Source: Octopus vulgaris (Eukaryota). From it: a DNA stretch of 64,000 nt. The position numbers and the translations under genes are program-made. The notes below the pieces were generated by a model. That model was not told where the DNA came from and did not search any database. It worked only from the letters and a program-made list of their open reading frames with translations. The stretch covers positions 25,544,001-25,608,000 of the forward strand of contig OX597833.1 in NCBI GenBank assembly GCA_951406725.2, read 5' to 3'. This document shows, one piece after another, positions 1-13,857 of the stretch. Position 1 is the stretch's first letter. The number at the start of each line of letters is the position of its first letter.

Positions 1-2039
1 TTTGACAATATAAAGCTGTTCTCTCTTTCATAGTTGGTTCCGTTATAATACTCTTATAACGTTGCTGCTGTTATTTAAATCCCACCGTTATGAATCGGGT
101 AGGTTCAGAATAGATGGCATTCCACCTTGTGGTGAACTCGCCTTTTATTTAAAATCAATGCCTCTACAATTATTTTCTTCTATGCATCCTATATTTTGCG
201 ATATTTTGAAATATAATTTGAAGGGGAATTCCTTCTTATTTCTAGCATATAGGCTGACTGCATAAAGTATTCTAGTTTCGTTCGAATTGGTTCGAATATT
301 TAATACTATTGTTCTGGTTTGGGTTTAGCTCCAATTTAAACAGCCTCTGACCAGTAACAGTAGCTAGAACTACACTTATCACGCACCTTTTCTTTCTTCT
401 AAAGAAACCGATTTTGATGTATACGTGTTTGCTATTTAGATCAAGTGATATGACTGTTACAGGTTCCCTCATAGTCTCAAGTATTATATAAGTAGGTTCA
501 AATTATTGTCATTCTTATTGCTGCTGTTTAGCATGATCCAGCAGACTCATGATTAAAGATTTTCCATTTGTAACCATTTCATTTATTTTTCTTTTATCTT
601 TTTTTATTATTATTTTGATATATCAATTGAATGTGTATAATACTTTTTTTCAACATGCTAGTTAGAGAGGTTCGCTGTTATTTCTAACATATCGACCGAC
701 CGCATACTAATACCGTCATCGGATCTCGTATTGCAGCAGTATTCAGAAATGGTGTATTTCACCGCTGCTATTTGGTAGAGCAAGCTATACGAGGAAGGAA
801 TTCACCAAAGAAATTCCACAAGCTACAGAGAATCAAAGACGAGAAGAGTGAGAGTGAATGGGAGGGAAGGAAGGAGAGAGGGGGAGAAAGAAGAGAGAGA
901 GGACGTGAAAGATGAGGAAATAGGTTAAATGAAAATCAATATTCGATATGACACAAGTGGAAGCAAAAGATAGGATAGGGCTAGCTAAATATAGAACACA
1001 AAACATTAGATTTACGACTAAAATATATTGGTGTTGAGGTATCGACGGCAAAATATTGAAAAAACTCATAAAATCTAAAAAAAATTTAATATAAAAACGG
1101 ATATCCTCATCTCATAGACGCATATATTGACTTGATTGCATATAACTGCAGCTACATATACACATCTTTGAATGTGTTTGTGTGTGTGTGTGCATGTATT
1201 TGCTCGCGACTGAACATACGTACACATAAGATTCTGTAGTCGCATACACATACATATATTAAAGTGTATGTAAATCTATCTATCTATATATATATATATA
1301 TATATATGTTAAACGTATTTGGAACGAGCAATTAAATTTGAATGCGAAATATATATTTGTATATATGTATATATGTAGGCATGTATATATATATATATAT
1401 ACATACATACATATATATATATACATGCACACACATATATGCACACATGCGCACCATCGCACACGTGCACATGTGCATACATATATGAGTGTTTATGAAA
1501 TATGCATTTACAAACATCAATTACAGTTCAAAGAGAGAATACATATAAATATAATACATATACATATGCATACTTATATAAATATACATACATATGAATA
1601 TATATATATATATATCTTGAGATATATATACACATAATATACATGTATACTTGCATATATACATACATATATACATACATGCATACACGTATACATACAT
1701 ATACTTATATGTTCACTTATTCATTTTCACATGCTCATATATACACATCTTTTATTGTAATTTTGGTAGAATGTGCAGACATCTTCGTTCGTAAGCTGCT
1801 GAAATATAGTAATCGAATGAATAAAACAACCAACACAAAACAAAACAAAAAAGATGCAACAGATAAACAAACAAAAATAACAAAATAGATATTGGAACTG
1901 GCAGAAGGAATGTATATGATCTAAACGAACAAGATATGAGAACATTGCAGCAGAATGATGTGTTCATATCAGAAAGTGTAGACGAATAGAAAGCTTTAAT
2001 ATAGGAAGCAACAGAATGGCCTGGAAGATGATGATGATG

Positions 2040-2100
<61 letters not shown>

Positions 2101-2167
2101 TGATGATGATGATGATGATGATAATGATAATAATAATAATAATAACAATAACAACAACAACAACAAC

Positions 2168-2223
<56 letters not shown>

Positions 2224-2801
2224 TGATAATAATGTTCAAAGCAAGTTTTAAGTGAATTTATTAAAAGCAGAATCAAATGACTTTATTTCATAAAATAAAA
2301 ATGAAAAGTGATATGTGCGTGCGTGTGTGTGTGTGTGTGTGTGCGTGCGTGCCTATGTGTTTGTGTCTATGTGTGTGTGTGCGTGTGTATGTGTAGAAAT
2401 GAGCAAAATCTATATATAAAAGAAATATATGGAGAATCGTGTTGCAGAGTGGATAAATCTATCTATTTATCGATCTCTCTGTCTATATATCAATCTGCGC
2501 GTTTAGCTGATTGCTCTCTATCTGTATTTCACTCTTGCTCCGTCCATTTCTTTCTCACACAAACACACTCGCACACGCACACATATGCGCGCGCGCACGT
2601 ACGCACACGGACACATCTACACACGCTCACACTCACATACACACGCAGATACGCAAACAATTGTACACGCACACACGCTTACACACAAACATACACACAC
2701 ATACAAACACTCCTGCACACGCCCATACACACGCACACAGGCTCTCTCAATATATATATATATATATATATATATAGATAAATATATATATATATATCAC
2801 G

Positions 2802-3106
2802 TGATCACGTGACCGACCAGGCTATCAGATGTTGCTACACATCGCTGGTCATAATGCGCTTCGCATTGCTTTAGCCTTCAAATGACGCTACCCCGCTGGC
2901 TAAGTGAGCAGGCCAACAGAAGAAAGAGTGAGAGAAAGTTGTGGCGAAAGAGTACAGCAGAGATCGCCACCACTCCCTGCCGGAACATCGTGGAGCTTTA
3001 GGTGTTTTCGCTCAATAAACACTCACAACGCCCGTTCTGGGAATTGAAACCACGATCCTACGACCGCGAGTCTGCTGCCCTAACCACTGGGCCATTGCGC
3101 CTCCAC
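2802..3106 (-). mobile_element. tRNA-derived SINE (family C, tail variant 1)
   Basis: Minus strand starts GTGGAGGCGCAATGGCCCAGTGGTTAGGGCAGCAGACTCGCGGTCGTAGGATCGTGGTTTCAATTCCC (Pol III A and B boxes). Head and body are shared with 56805-57088. Confidence 0.8.
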
Positions 3107-3957
3107 ACGCACACGCACATACACACACACACATAACACACACACATATATATATGTACATACTTACATCGTTTATATATATAGACATACATATACATAA
3201 ATATATCTTATGTATATACAGGTATATATGTATATGTGTATGTATATGTGTATTTGTGTTTATGTGTGTGTGTTTATGTGTGTGTAAGTGTCTTCATATA
3301 TATATATATACGTACATATGTAAGTTTTTATGTATACATTTATGTCTATATATTTATCTCCAGTGTTCAGTATGTCCTGTGGTCGCTCTATAATATGGAT
3401 TTCCCTTAAGCATGAGTATAAACACTTAAGTGTTTGAATGTCAGCTGACATGACAACCCGGTCACATAGTCTTCGACTTCAGTTTCTATATAATCATGTC
3501 TTAATTCTGTATGACTTATTACTGCTACATGTTCAAATTCTCCAAGATTTTCTTATGGCAGAGAAATAATTAGTTTTAACTGCTATTTCTAAATTTCGGT
3601 ATGTGGTGAGGCAAATTTTTGCGGAACCCTAATTGTAATTATACTCATAATTATTTAAAAAATTGATGAAGTTTCCCGATAATGTTTTTTAAAATACCGA
3701 ACTACTTGGTAAAAATTACTAATTATTAATTAATTAATTAATTTTACCCTTTATGATTATTGATATATATATGTATATGTATATATAAGAAGAAAAAACT
3801 GAGGCAAGCACTCAGTTTTAAACGAAGTTGGTAAACTATATCAAACAATCAGACACCAATACATGCAAGTAGAGTTAACATTCAAGGAAATTCCTCATGT
3901 ATTAAATGTAAATTTAAATATCGTTTAGAAAAAAATTAAAGAAATCCATAATATTAG

Positions 3958-4371
3958 ACAACACAAATGGGGATAGAGAAAATCACATCTTAAATTGTTG
4001 AATTCACTATAGAATGCCGACTATCATTTCTGTTGTATCAACATATTCAAATACTGAAAATATCATTCAATTAATATATTCGAAAATAAGTGTTAACACG
4101 TTTCCAAAGCAATCCAAATTATTCAAATTCAAGTTGAACTAAGAAAATATGTCCAGCACACGGACGTATAATAAAGTATGTTAAGATATTTTCTTAGTTT
4201 TAACTAATTTCGGATCGCCTGGGAAACGTCGTGTTAAAATGTATATTCGTATATATTAATTTGAACGATATTTTCTGTATCGAAATATGTTGTTACCATT
4301 TAAACGATCGTCGGTATTCTATAGTGAATTCAACAATTAAATATGTTTGTCTCTGTCCCTATTTTTGTTGT
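3958..4371. mobile_element. Fold-back / MITE-like palindromic element (~414 bp)
   Basis: Arms are inverted copies along nearly their whole length, e.g. aattgttgaattcactatagaatgccgac vs gtcggtattctatagtgaattcaacaatt, and aactaagaaaatat vs atattttcttagtt. Confidence 0.8.
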
Positions 4372-4779
4372 ATATATGTATGTGTGTGAGTGTATGTGTG
4401 TATGTGTATGTGAGTGTGTGTGTGCTTGAGTGTGTGCATGCTTCTTTTTATATATGTGCACGTTCTTTGTATTATATTCTGTAGAGGACATGTTTGTGGA
4501 TGTAGTTAGACTTCTGTTAAGAAAACTATGGCTTATACCCATATTAGTCATTTATAATTAGTCAGAAACAACAACGTTCCTCAAGCCATTAATGCTTGAA
4601 GGCCGATTCTAATCCATCTTCTGAATGAAGCAATGATGCCACTGCAGTGTTGAAGCCTTTTGTAGATGCCCAATGAAGAAATCAAAAGACTCATCAACAA
4701 ACACGATTTAATCCGATCGCAATGCTATCTCGATGTAACGTGTTTGAACGCAAAGCTGAACTCTATTCCTACATAATGT

Positions 4780-5080
4780 ACATGGTGATTCCTCCATCTT
4801 CATAGATGACTGCCACCTGCTTGTGCTTCGTCATTATCCATATCATTTCTGATTTTCCATTTGTGACGTCTCAGATGATTACTCATTCCCTTTGCAGGTC
4901 TGAATGTTTTGAAGCATAGGTGACAGACGAAAGTTGTATCGTAGTAGTGCAGAATCAGGTACTTTTCCATAACTCAGAAAAATGCCCCCACACTATACAT
5001 TGCTGAGTAGTATATTACTGTTTATGACATGTAAGTGGTCAGAATGTTACCGTCGGTTTCGCATCGACTGTTGCACTCGG
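4780..5080 (-). mobile_element. Probable RTE-type LINE 3' remnant with terminal C2H2 zinc finger
   Basis: Minus strand translates TFVCHLCFKTFRPAKGMSNHLRRHKWK...GGSHL*, a single C2H2 finger close to a stop codon, as at RTE ORF ends. No other fingers or TGEKP linkers are present. Confidence 0.4.
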
Positions 5081-5205
5081 CAATATTGACAATATTTAAG
5101 ACATGCCAGCCAGTAGCTTGTCTCAGGTAATTGATGGCACAATTCTGAACAGTTATATGCCATAATCAGTAATACACTACTCGATGATGCATAGCTATAC
5201 ATACA

Positions 5206-5258
<53 letters not shown>

Positions 5259-6037
5259 GAGAGAAAGAGACTCAGTTTCTAGCTATTTGGCTCATCCTCT
5301 GTCATGAGCAGCCGCATACCAAAGCGATAGGCAGAGACTGCTAACGCTAACAATATACTGTAAACAATGTGACCATCAATCACTGATTTGCAACAAGCAA
5401 AATAGCTAGTTGTAAAATCTGATGAAATGATAGGGTAGTATCTATACTAAAATATAAATTACACACACATATAGACAGATACATACACACACATACAAAC
5501 ACACACACACGCACACACACACAAACACACAAACGTACACACACAGTTACTCAAACACATACATGTACAAATCTCTCCCCGGCTCTACATATCAAGACAT
5601 ACATATATACATACATACAAACATACCTACCGGCATACAGCCACGCATACACACATGTTTACACATATATAGACTTACACATACGCACAGGCGGAAAGAT
5701 TTGCACACAAATGTTTTCTTTCTTTAATCGTCATAACCCTTATGATAAAAAACAATCACCATCATTGTCACAAGTATTCTCCAGTGAAATAAAATCTCTC
5801 TACGCAACAGTTCAAGTTGCTGCAATGAGGAAGTAAATCTTGTTTAAATCTGACATCACTGTTTAATGAAATGAACACATTAGATAATGGAGGCTAAGAT
5901 TTACAATGGTTTAATGCAAAGCGGCAAGGTCATATTTGGAAAGTTTTTATCACATATAAGTCTCATCATTGTTGGCCTATACCTAAATATCTACTATAAT
6001 AATATTATCTTTGCTATTAGTACTGTCACAAACTTCC

Positions 6038-6210
6038 TTAAGGTGACAAACGGTGATATCCGTTAGCACGCCGGACAAAATGTTTAGCGGTATTTCGTTC
6101 GCCATTACGTACTAGGTTCACTTTATTTAATATCCTTTCGGCCGATGAAATAATCGACTTCCCCCTTCCCTCAAATGCTGTTGACCCTGTGCCAAAATAT
6201 ATAACCATTA
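6038..6210 (+). mobile_element. SINE family B (tRNA-like head), decayed
   Basis: gttagcacgccggacaaaatgtttagcggtatttcg matches the head of the copies at 30313 and 63236. Confidence 0.7.
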
Positions 6211-6216
6211 TCACCA

Positions 6217-6628
6217 TAGGTGCAGGAGTGGCTGTGTGGTAAGTAGCTTGCTTACCAACCACATGGTTCCGGGCTCAGTCCCACTGCGTGGCACCTTGGG
6301 CAAGTGTCTTCTACTATAGCCTCGGGCCGACCAAAGCCTTGTGGGTTGATTTGGTAGACGGAAACTGAAAGAAGCCCGTCGTATATATGTATATATATGT
6401 GTGTGTGTGCATGTGAGTCTGTGTTTGTCCCCCCCTCCAACATCACTTGACAATCGATACTGGTGTGCTTACGTCTCCGTAGCGTAGCAGTTCGGCAAAA
6501 GTAACCGATAGAATAAGTATTAGACTTACAAAGAATAAATCTTGGCGTCGATTTGCTCGACTAAAAGCGGTGCTCCAGCATGGCCACAGTCAAATGACTC
6601 AAACAAGTAAAAGAGTAAAAGAGTAAAA
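6217..6628 (+). mobile_element. tRNA-derived SINE family A (CORE-like motif, internal microsatellite)
   Basis: GGAGTGGCTGTGTGGTAAG...GGCTCAGTCCC head, ccttgggcaagtgtctt CORE-like motif, internal (TA)/(TG) tract, tail tgactcaaacaagtaaaagagtaaaagag. More than 10 copies in the window. Confidence 0.9.
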
Positions 6629-7056
6629 AAACATCGTCGTTTAATATATTTATATATATCAACGTCATTAACATAATCGTCGTTGTTGTCATCATAATCA
6701 TCATCACCATCATTATCAACAGCGACAGCATTATCTAGAAATGATTACGTCGATATATAGATGAAATGATAATGGTGGTGATGGTTGTGGTGATAGTGGT
6801 GATGGTATTGTCGTTGTAGTTGTTGTTGTTGTTGTGGTTGGCGGTGGTGGTGGTGGTGGAGAATGCTGTTGGTGATATATGAGGAAACTGTTCAGTTTGC
6901 CAATAGATGTGATATTATCTTCAGATCGTCATATATCATGTTATCAGATTTAATACATCTGCAACGTATCCGGTAGATTTTAATGTGATAACGTTCTACA
7001 CTTATGAATCGCTCACGCAAACACATGCAGGCAAAACTACACACTGCCGGGGTATA

Positions 7057-7106
<50 letters not shown>

Positions 7107-7749
7107 CATATATATATATATTTATATGTATAAATATAATTGTACATATGTCCTTGTATTTGTGTGTATAAATTCAACAGAATGCATGCATTGAGACGCG
7201 CGCGTGCGAATACACTCGATTGTGCATGGATGCGTTTTGTAATTGTCCGGAGTTAATTAAATGATATGACAGTATAAACAAGTAGATCTTCATATCATCA
7301 TATTTAAATATTACATTTAAACGTTGAATAAGCATAGATATACGTTTATCTATATCTATCTAACTATCTATGTATCTATCTATCTATTTATCTTCCTATC
7401 TAACTATCTCTAGATGTATATATTTTGTGTCTGTATCTGTGTACATGTTAGCCTGTGTATGAGATAGCATAATTATTTTATACATGTGTATAAATATGTA
7501 TAGAGACAGAAACATAATATCATATGACGTATAGATTTATTGTGAAGCCAAATTCCACGAGTGACAGTATTAACAATAAATAGCAGGACAAATGTTATCC
7601 AGCGACGTAAATTACATGGATGTATATTCAGTCTTCGATGTCTGAAAAGACAGGCTTTGGAATGTATTTCTTCGTTCCACATAAATTTATCAGGAAGCAT
7701 GCTTTCAGCTGATTCCCACAATGAAGCACCCTTACAACAATTGGTTTTA

Positions 7750-7805
<56 letters not shown>

Positions 7806-7826
7806 AGGAATGGAGTAGATAAAATT

Positions 7827-7915
7827 CAGGCTACCTATGTTTCATAGCTAGTGGAACCTCGGAAATAGTAAATTATCCAAACGAGGGGTAGACCGCAAGA
7901 TACTCTTCAGGCCAA
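7827..7915 (-). ncRNA. Decayed type I hammerhead ribozyme
   Basis: Minus strand reads UUGGC-CUGAAGA-GUAUCUUGCGG...CCUCG...CGAGG..CCACUAGCUAU-GAAAC-AUAG-GUA|GCCUG. Core is intact, stem I has 3 bp or more, and the long stem II has mismatches. Confidence 0.6.
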
Positions 7916-9265
7916 GGATACTTTAATTATATGGAGTTTACATTGTTGTTAAGCGATCCCGTTAAACTCATTCGATCGAAGTTCATTGAAAACGACTAGT
8001 ACTCTACTATATTTTGAGTTGTTGGTTAAGCTGAGTTGGTAGCCGACCCTAGTAGCAACAGCAGCAACAGCAGTTTTTCCCAACAATTACTACGGTAGCA
8101 GGAAGGACAGTAGCAATAGCAACTGCAGAAACCCCCAAATAATTTTGGTTAAGTAACACTGGCTGCTGTAAAATATATGTTCAAAATTTTGGAGAGTGCA
8201 TCTTTTAAGCAGTGTGGTTTCCTTCTGTATTGCTTTTGTTTTGATTGCACTTAAAAGATCTCAATGACAACAATCTAATTCTTTGAACGCGGTGAGGTCG
8301 AAAAAATCTTAGGCACAAAATAATGAGATGGTGAAGTGATTAAGGCCCGATATCCTCTTGAAATTATCATGCTTTTGTGATTTTAAAAGAAAATTTAGCC
8401 TAGACTGGCAGCTTTTATGAGCACGTCTTAAGAGTAATTTTGAGATATTTTCACTCGCCTAGTAGCGATGAAATAGGTAGTAGCATTCTGTCTGTTTTGA
8501 TAATGAGAGGTAAATGGTGGTGTGGTTTTAGTTCGGTCAGTCTTTCCTCGCTTAAAAATGGAAATTCGTTTCCATTAGAGACAAAAGAGAAATTGGAATC
8601 TATGCCAATGAATCTCTGGAAATCCTGTATTTTGGGGCCCTTGAGACTAAACTACTAATCCCACAGAAACTCATGCCTTCTATAAAGTTTATCCAACGAA
8701 TTTCCTCTCCCAGTACAATATATTGAATTTATCTTCATCAGATTCAGCGCAAACCATTGGGTATCAGCGCACCCGTAGATGATCACCGGATAGTACTAGA
8801 GGGGGAAAAAAAGGGTCCTTTAAATTTAACCACATCTCCAATATAATTCTTAATTACACGATAGTCTTCTCTTCACTCTTTTCCATAAAGTCTTCGCCCG
8901 AAACAAAGTCAAAACGTAAAATGAAATAAAATATAAATTCAAATGCGCTTCCACTTCTTCTTTTCTTGTACGTTTCCAGGTTTAATAAATTAAAAATATA
9001 ATCACCCCTCTGCCTGAATTTTCCTGCTAGTGTATACACCCCCACCCACCCCACACACATACACACATATCATTATATGCACACATGGATATACATAAAT
9101 GTAAACACGCATATATAATATATATACACATACACGTATGCATACACATACACACAGATATATATATATATATATATATATATAAATTAATAATAATATT
9201 AGGGAGTAAATCCAAACTTACAGGGAAAAATTAGATTTAGGATTAAATCTAATTTCATAGTATAA

Positions 9266-9537
<272 letters not shown>

Positions 9538-10096
9538 CTACACATAGGTGTGCCAATCTGTATGTGTGCATGTTTGTAGTGTTTCTTGGTACTAGACAGA
9601 AAGTTAATGAAACGTCGCTCTCTGTATAGATGCAGTAATGTTTAGTAACATATTTCACAGATAGAACTTCTGTCAACTGCTGTTAATACTGTAAGAAACA
9701 GCTCATCAGTGTTTCTAGATCTCATCAAGCAGAAAATCCAGATCAAATCGAGATAAATATGTTTTTCCTCATATACTCACATGTAGTGTCATATTGTTCA
9801 ACCCGCCAATGAATAAAAGAAACTTTCCCTTCACTAATAATAGCCAGTATTAGTGAATTTATGACAGAAATGATGTGCTACATTCTTTACGTGCTGCATT
9901 CTTTACACTCAATCTTCAATATCAAACTACAAAGAGTTTTTCTATAAATATTGAACATAAAATTTATAGACACTTATAGTGAGACTGTAAAGTAGAAGTA
10001 AATAATACCTTGTGAGTGAATTTGTTACAGGGAAATTGTGTGGAAGCCATCAGTATATATATACATGTATGTATGTACGTATGCATGTGTGTATGA

Positions 10097-10129
<33 letters not shown>

Positions 10130-10919
10130 TGTATGTATGTATGTATGTATGTGTGTGTGTATGTGTGTGTGTGTATGTATGTATGTATGTATGTATGTAT
10201 GTATGCATGTATGTATGTATGTATGTATTTAGTAAAGCAAGAAAACATTGACGCACCCACCCTCTTTGCAATATACTTTTCAAATCTCCGTGGAAGGTAT
10301 TTACATAAAATATCGAACATCAGGGAATGTTTTTAATCTGACCAGACTGAAATTCAAAATGAAAGTTTTTACTTCCCTCATTAAGGGAACTCTTATACGC
10401 TGACCATTGCGATCTAATCAGTCACTTTGAAACAGGTCTGCAATCTCTTGTATCTGAATTTGACTCGGCTTGTGGTGATTTTGGCTTGTCCAACAACTTG
10501 AAAAATATTAGTACCAGGCTTAAAAGGAAGTACTAGGGTCGGCTAAATCCTTTAAGGAATGCCTCGGAATGGCAGCAGGTCTATGACTAAAACAAGCGAA
10601 AAATGAACCACCTGATCTTTGAATTAGAGCCAAGAGGTTGTGTACTACACTGACTCCTGAGCATCAACGGGACTCTCAGGTGGGGATATTGTGATACGTT
10701 GGGAGAAATGTTCGACCTCTAAATTATAGAATCTGCCCAAATGGCGGGATTCAATGCATTTTCTATCACAAAGCTTTGATCAACATCAGGCTATTATAAA
10801 ATGCACTTTCCCAAGATATCAGAAGATGGGATCTAGCCTGGGACCTCTTAACTGAGAAGTGAAGTTCGCAACCATTTCGCTATGCTGCCTTCATATCATT
10901 CCAATGACATTATTAGTCT

Positions 10920-11140
10920 TCAAATTTTGGCATAAGTCCAGCAATTTTGGGGGTGGAGGTAAGTAGATGGAGGTAAATTACATCAAACCGGTGCTCAGCT
11001 GGTACTTATTTTATTAACCTCCGAAAGGATCAAAGGCAAAGTCGGCCTTGGCAGAATTGCAACTCAGAATGTGAAGTCAGACGATATGCTGCTAAGCATT
11101 TTTTCCCGGCGTGCAAACGATTGTGGCTGCTCTCCGCCTT
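10920..11140 (-). mobile_element. SINE family B
   Basis: ggtacttattttattaacctccgaaaggatcaaaggcaaagtcggcctt...ctaagcatttttcccggcgtgcaaacgatt, ending ccgcctt (reverse complement of the head). Confidence 0.8.
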
Positions 11141-11690
11141 CATTCCTATTACAATATTATTGCAGAAATTTAAACATCAACACAGTGGAGCTAAATTAGA
11201 ATTCACCAATGCTACACGAGGTCATTGTCATATTACTAAAAGGAATTAATTGCCCGTAACACTATAAACTCGTTAACAACAATATTTCAGCCATTTAGAT
11301 AATTGGGCCATAGACTATTTATCACAAAATTCCTAATTATTATGAATTACGAACATCACCGGAAATCGCCATTTATTAATCGTGAACCTCTGTGTCCCAG
11401 GGCTTCTTCATTATGTGCATGGAACGAAAATTTTATTTCTTTTTGCGCCTGAAAATATGCATAGACTTGCACTTCCAACATTAGGCATATGCTATTTTCC
11501 CCATAAGAATTCTGTTATTTTAATTTCTGTATGCTTCATTCCATTAGAAGAAATGTGCTTAAACAATCTCTTTTGCTCGTTGGTGAAAAGGTTTTGGTAT
11601 AGCATAGTTTCACTAGACTGAAGTGGCAAAAGTTTCTGATCATCGGACATAGAGTATTTGTTCTGGCTATTGATACACACACACTCGGGC

Positions 11691-11750
<60 letters not shown>

Positions 11751-11780
11751 ATACATACTCATGTATATATATGTATATAT

Positions 11781-12220
11781 AGGTGGCACAGGCATGGGTG
11801 TGTGGTAAAAAACTTGCTTCCCAACCACATATTTCCGAGTTAAGTCCCACTGTGTGGAACCTTGGTCAATTGTCCCCTACTATAGCCTCGCTCAACCAAA
11901 GCCTTGTGAGTGGATTTGGTAGGCAGAAACAGAAAGAAGATCGTGGTATATATATATATATATATATATATATGTCTGTGTGTGTGTGTGTGTGTGTGTG
12001 CGTGCGTGTGTGTGTGTTTGTGTGTCTGTACCTGTCCTCCCACATCGTTTGACAGTCGCTGTTGGTGTGTTTACGTCCCTGTAGCATAGCGGGTTGGCAT
12101 AAGAGGCCGACAGAATAAGTACTAGGTTTACGAAGAAAATGTCCTGGAGTCGATTTGTTCGACTAAAGGCGGTGCTCCAGCAGGCCGTAGTCAAATGACT
12201 GAAACAAGTAAAAGAAAAAG

Positions 12221-12221
<1 letters not shown>
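11781..12221 (+). mobile_element. SINE family A
   Basis: Full-length match to the 6217 copy, including the tail ggcggtgctccagcaggccgtagtcaaatgactgaaacaagtaaaagaaaaag. Confidence 0.9.
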
Positions 12222-12256
<35 letters not shown>

Positions 12257-13528
12257 CATCAGGTTTGCCCTTACTTTATCAGTGAAATTCGGTAAACGTG
12301 AGGCGAAGCCCATTGGGTGTAATTCAAAAAGTACAACCTCATCACACTCTGTATCCTGCACATTCTATCTTAGTATTATATTAACGTTACATGTGTGCGT
12401 AGAATGGCCAGCTATATGAATTTAGGAGATCGTAATTCTCCTGATCGGTCAATTTTTTTCTTATCGTCACCACGTTTACTGCCAAGGACACGGCCTTTGT
12501 AAATCCAGATCCATCGGGGCAATAGGATCTTATGTAACTTATCAGTCGAGAAATGTTATGAAAAGAGTGATGTTTACCCCGGCGTCACCGAAGATTTCGA
12601 TTGTTTTTACCGTGTAAATTCTGTAGCAAATCCCGTCGGTGAACTTCATCTGTTTCTGCTCATTTGGAGCGTTGTTTTTCTGCCAGAACTTACTATCATG
12701 ATGTGCTGTGATATATCCCACCAACACTATCAACTCTCATGTACATCAAATGTCCGACTTTTTACCTACATGATCTTAGCTCTCTACACCAAAGCACAAT
12801 TTTGGTTGTATGTTTCCATCGTCCATTTTTCTGAAGGTACCCACTACCAAACGCCATTCACAGGCAACATCCCACAGAACTTTATGAACAGAGGTTTCAA
12901 ATGACCTACATCATGTCCTTTCAACAGAAACGACACAGTCTCTGCATATATCATGAACACATTGTCGAACTTCTCTGCTAAGTAGGAAAACCTCAAAGAT
13001 GCTACAAACATTAGGCCTCACCCACATTCGTGGCATCATCCCTGAGGAACACACAACCTCAACATATTATGTTACAAAATTCGGTTTCTCTCCTTAGAGA
13101 CCCGACGATTTATCGATCAGGGATTAGTAGCCCTCAAAATTGAATGCTTTACTACCTCCGCATATTGCTATGTAGACAATTATCTTCTGCTTTATCCAAA
13201 GATGTACCACCCATGTAATGAGGATGAAGTCACTTATCAATACGTTCTGAATTTTGTACACAGATTAGAGAGAAACAGAGGATTAGCGGCATTCTATCTG
13301 TCTGTTTGTTTGTCTGTCTCTCTCTCTCCATCTCTCTCCCTCTCCCCCCCCCCCCCCTCTTTCATTTCCTGCCGTTCGTATATTGAACCTTGTTCTTTCT
13401 GGCTACATGCCATCCCTTCTGCGGCACTTGCTCCTTATTCTACTGTACTTCATATAAGCCCAAGTTCTCACACTAACCACTATGCCTGTCATTCTTTCAA
13501 CATCAGTTAAATTACTACTGTAGATTAC

Positions 13529-13583
<55 letters not shown>

Positions 13584-13798
13584 TTGCCTACGGTCATCGA
13601 CTTGCAGTTTCCCAAGATGAACAGAAATTCTCATCAGTGTAGTATCGGAATGTCTGCGAAAACCACGGGCACAGCCACATTCTCAAAAACAAACGAATAA
13701 TAATAATAATGATGATGATGATGATGACGACGATGATAATGATGATGCTGATGATGATGATGATGATGAGGAGGAGGAGGAGGAGGAGGAGGAGAATG

Positions 13799-13857
<59 letters not shown>

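Noticed and set aside
5262-5305. Minus-strand GGATGA-GCCAAATAGCTA-GAAAC-TGA-GTC hammerhead-like string
   Set aside because: The CUGA core is absent and stems I and II do not pair convincingly.
6217-6290. tRNA gene calls at SINE heads
   Set aside because: A/B boxes are present, but there is no complete cloverleaf and each continues into a SINE body.
8690-8750. Minus-strand CTGATGA...GAAA
   Set aside because: No stem II or stem I can form.
12700-13000. Possible GIY-YIG relic (FTGNIPQNF..RF...TVSAYI)
   Set aside because: Similarity is too weak to support a call.
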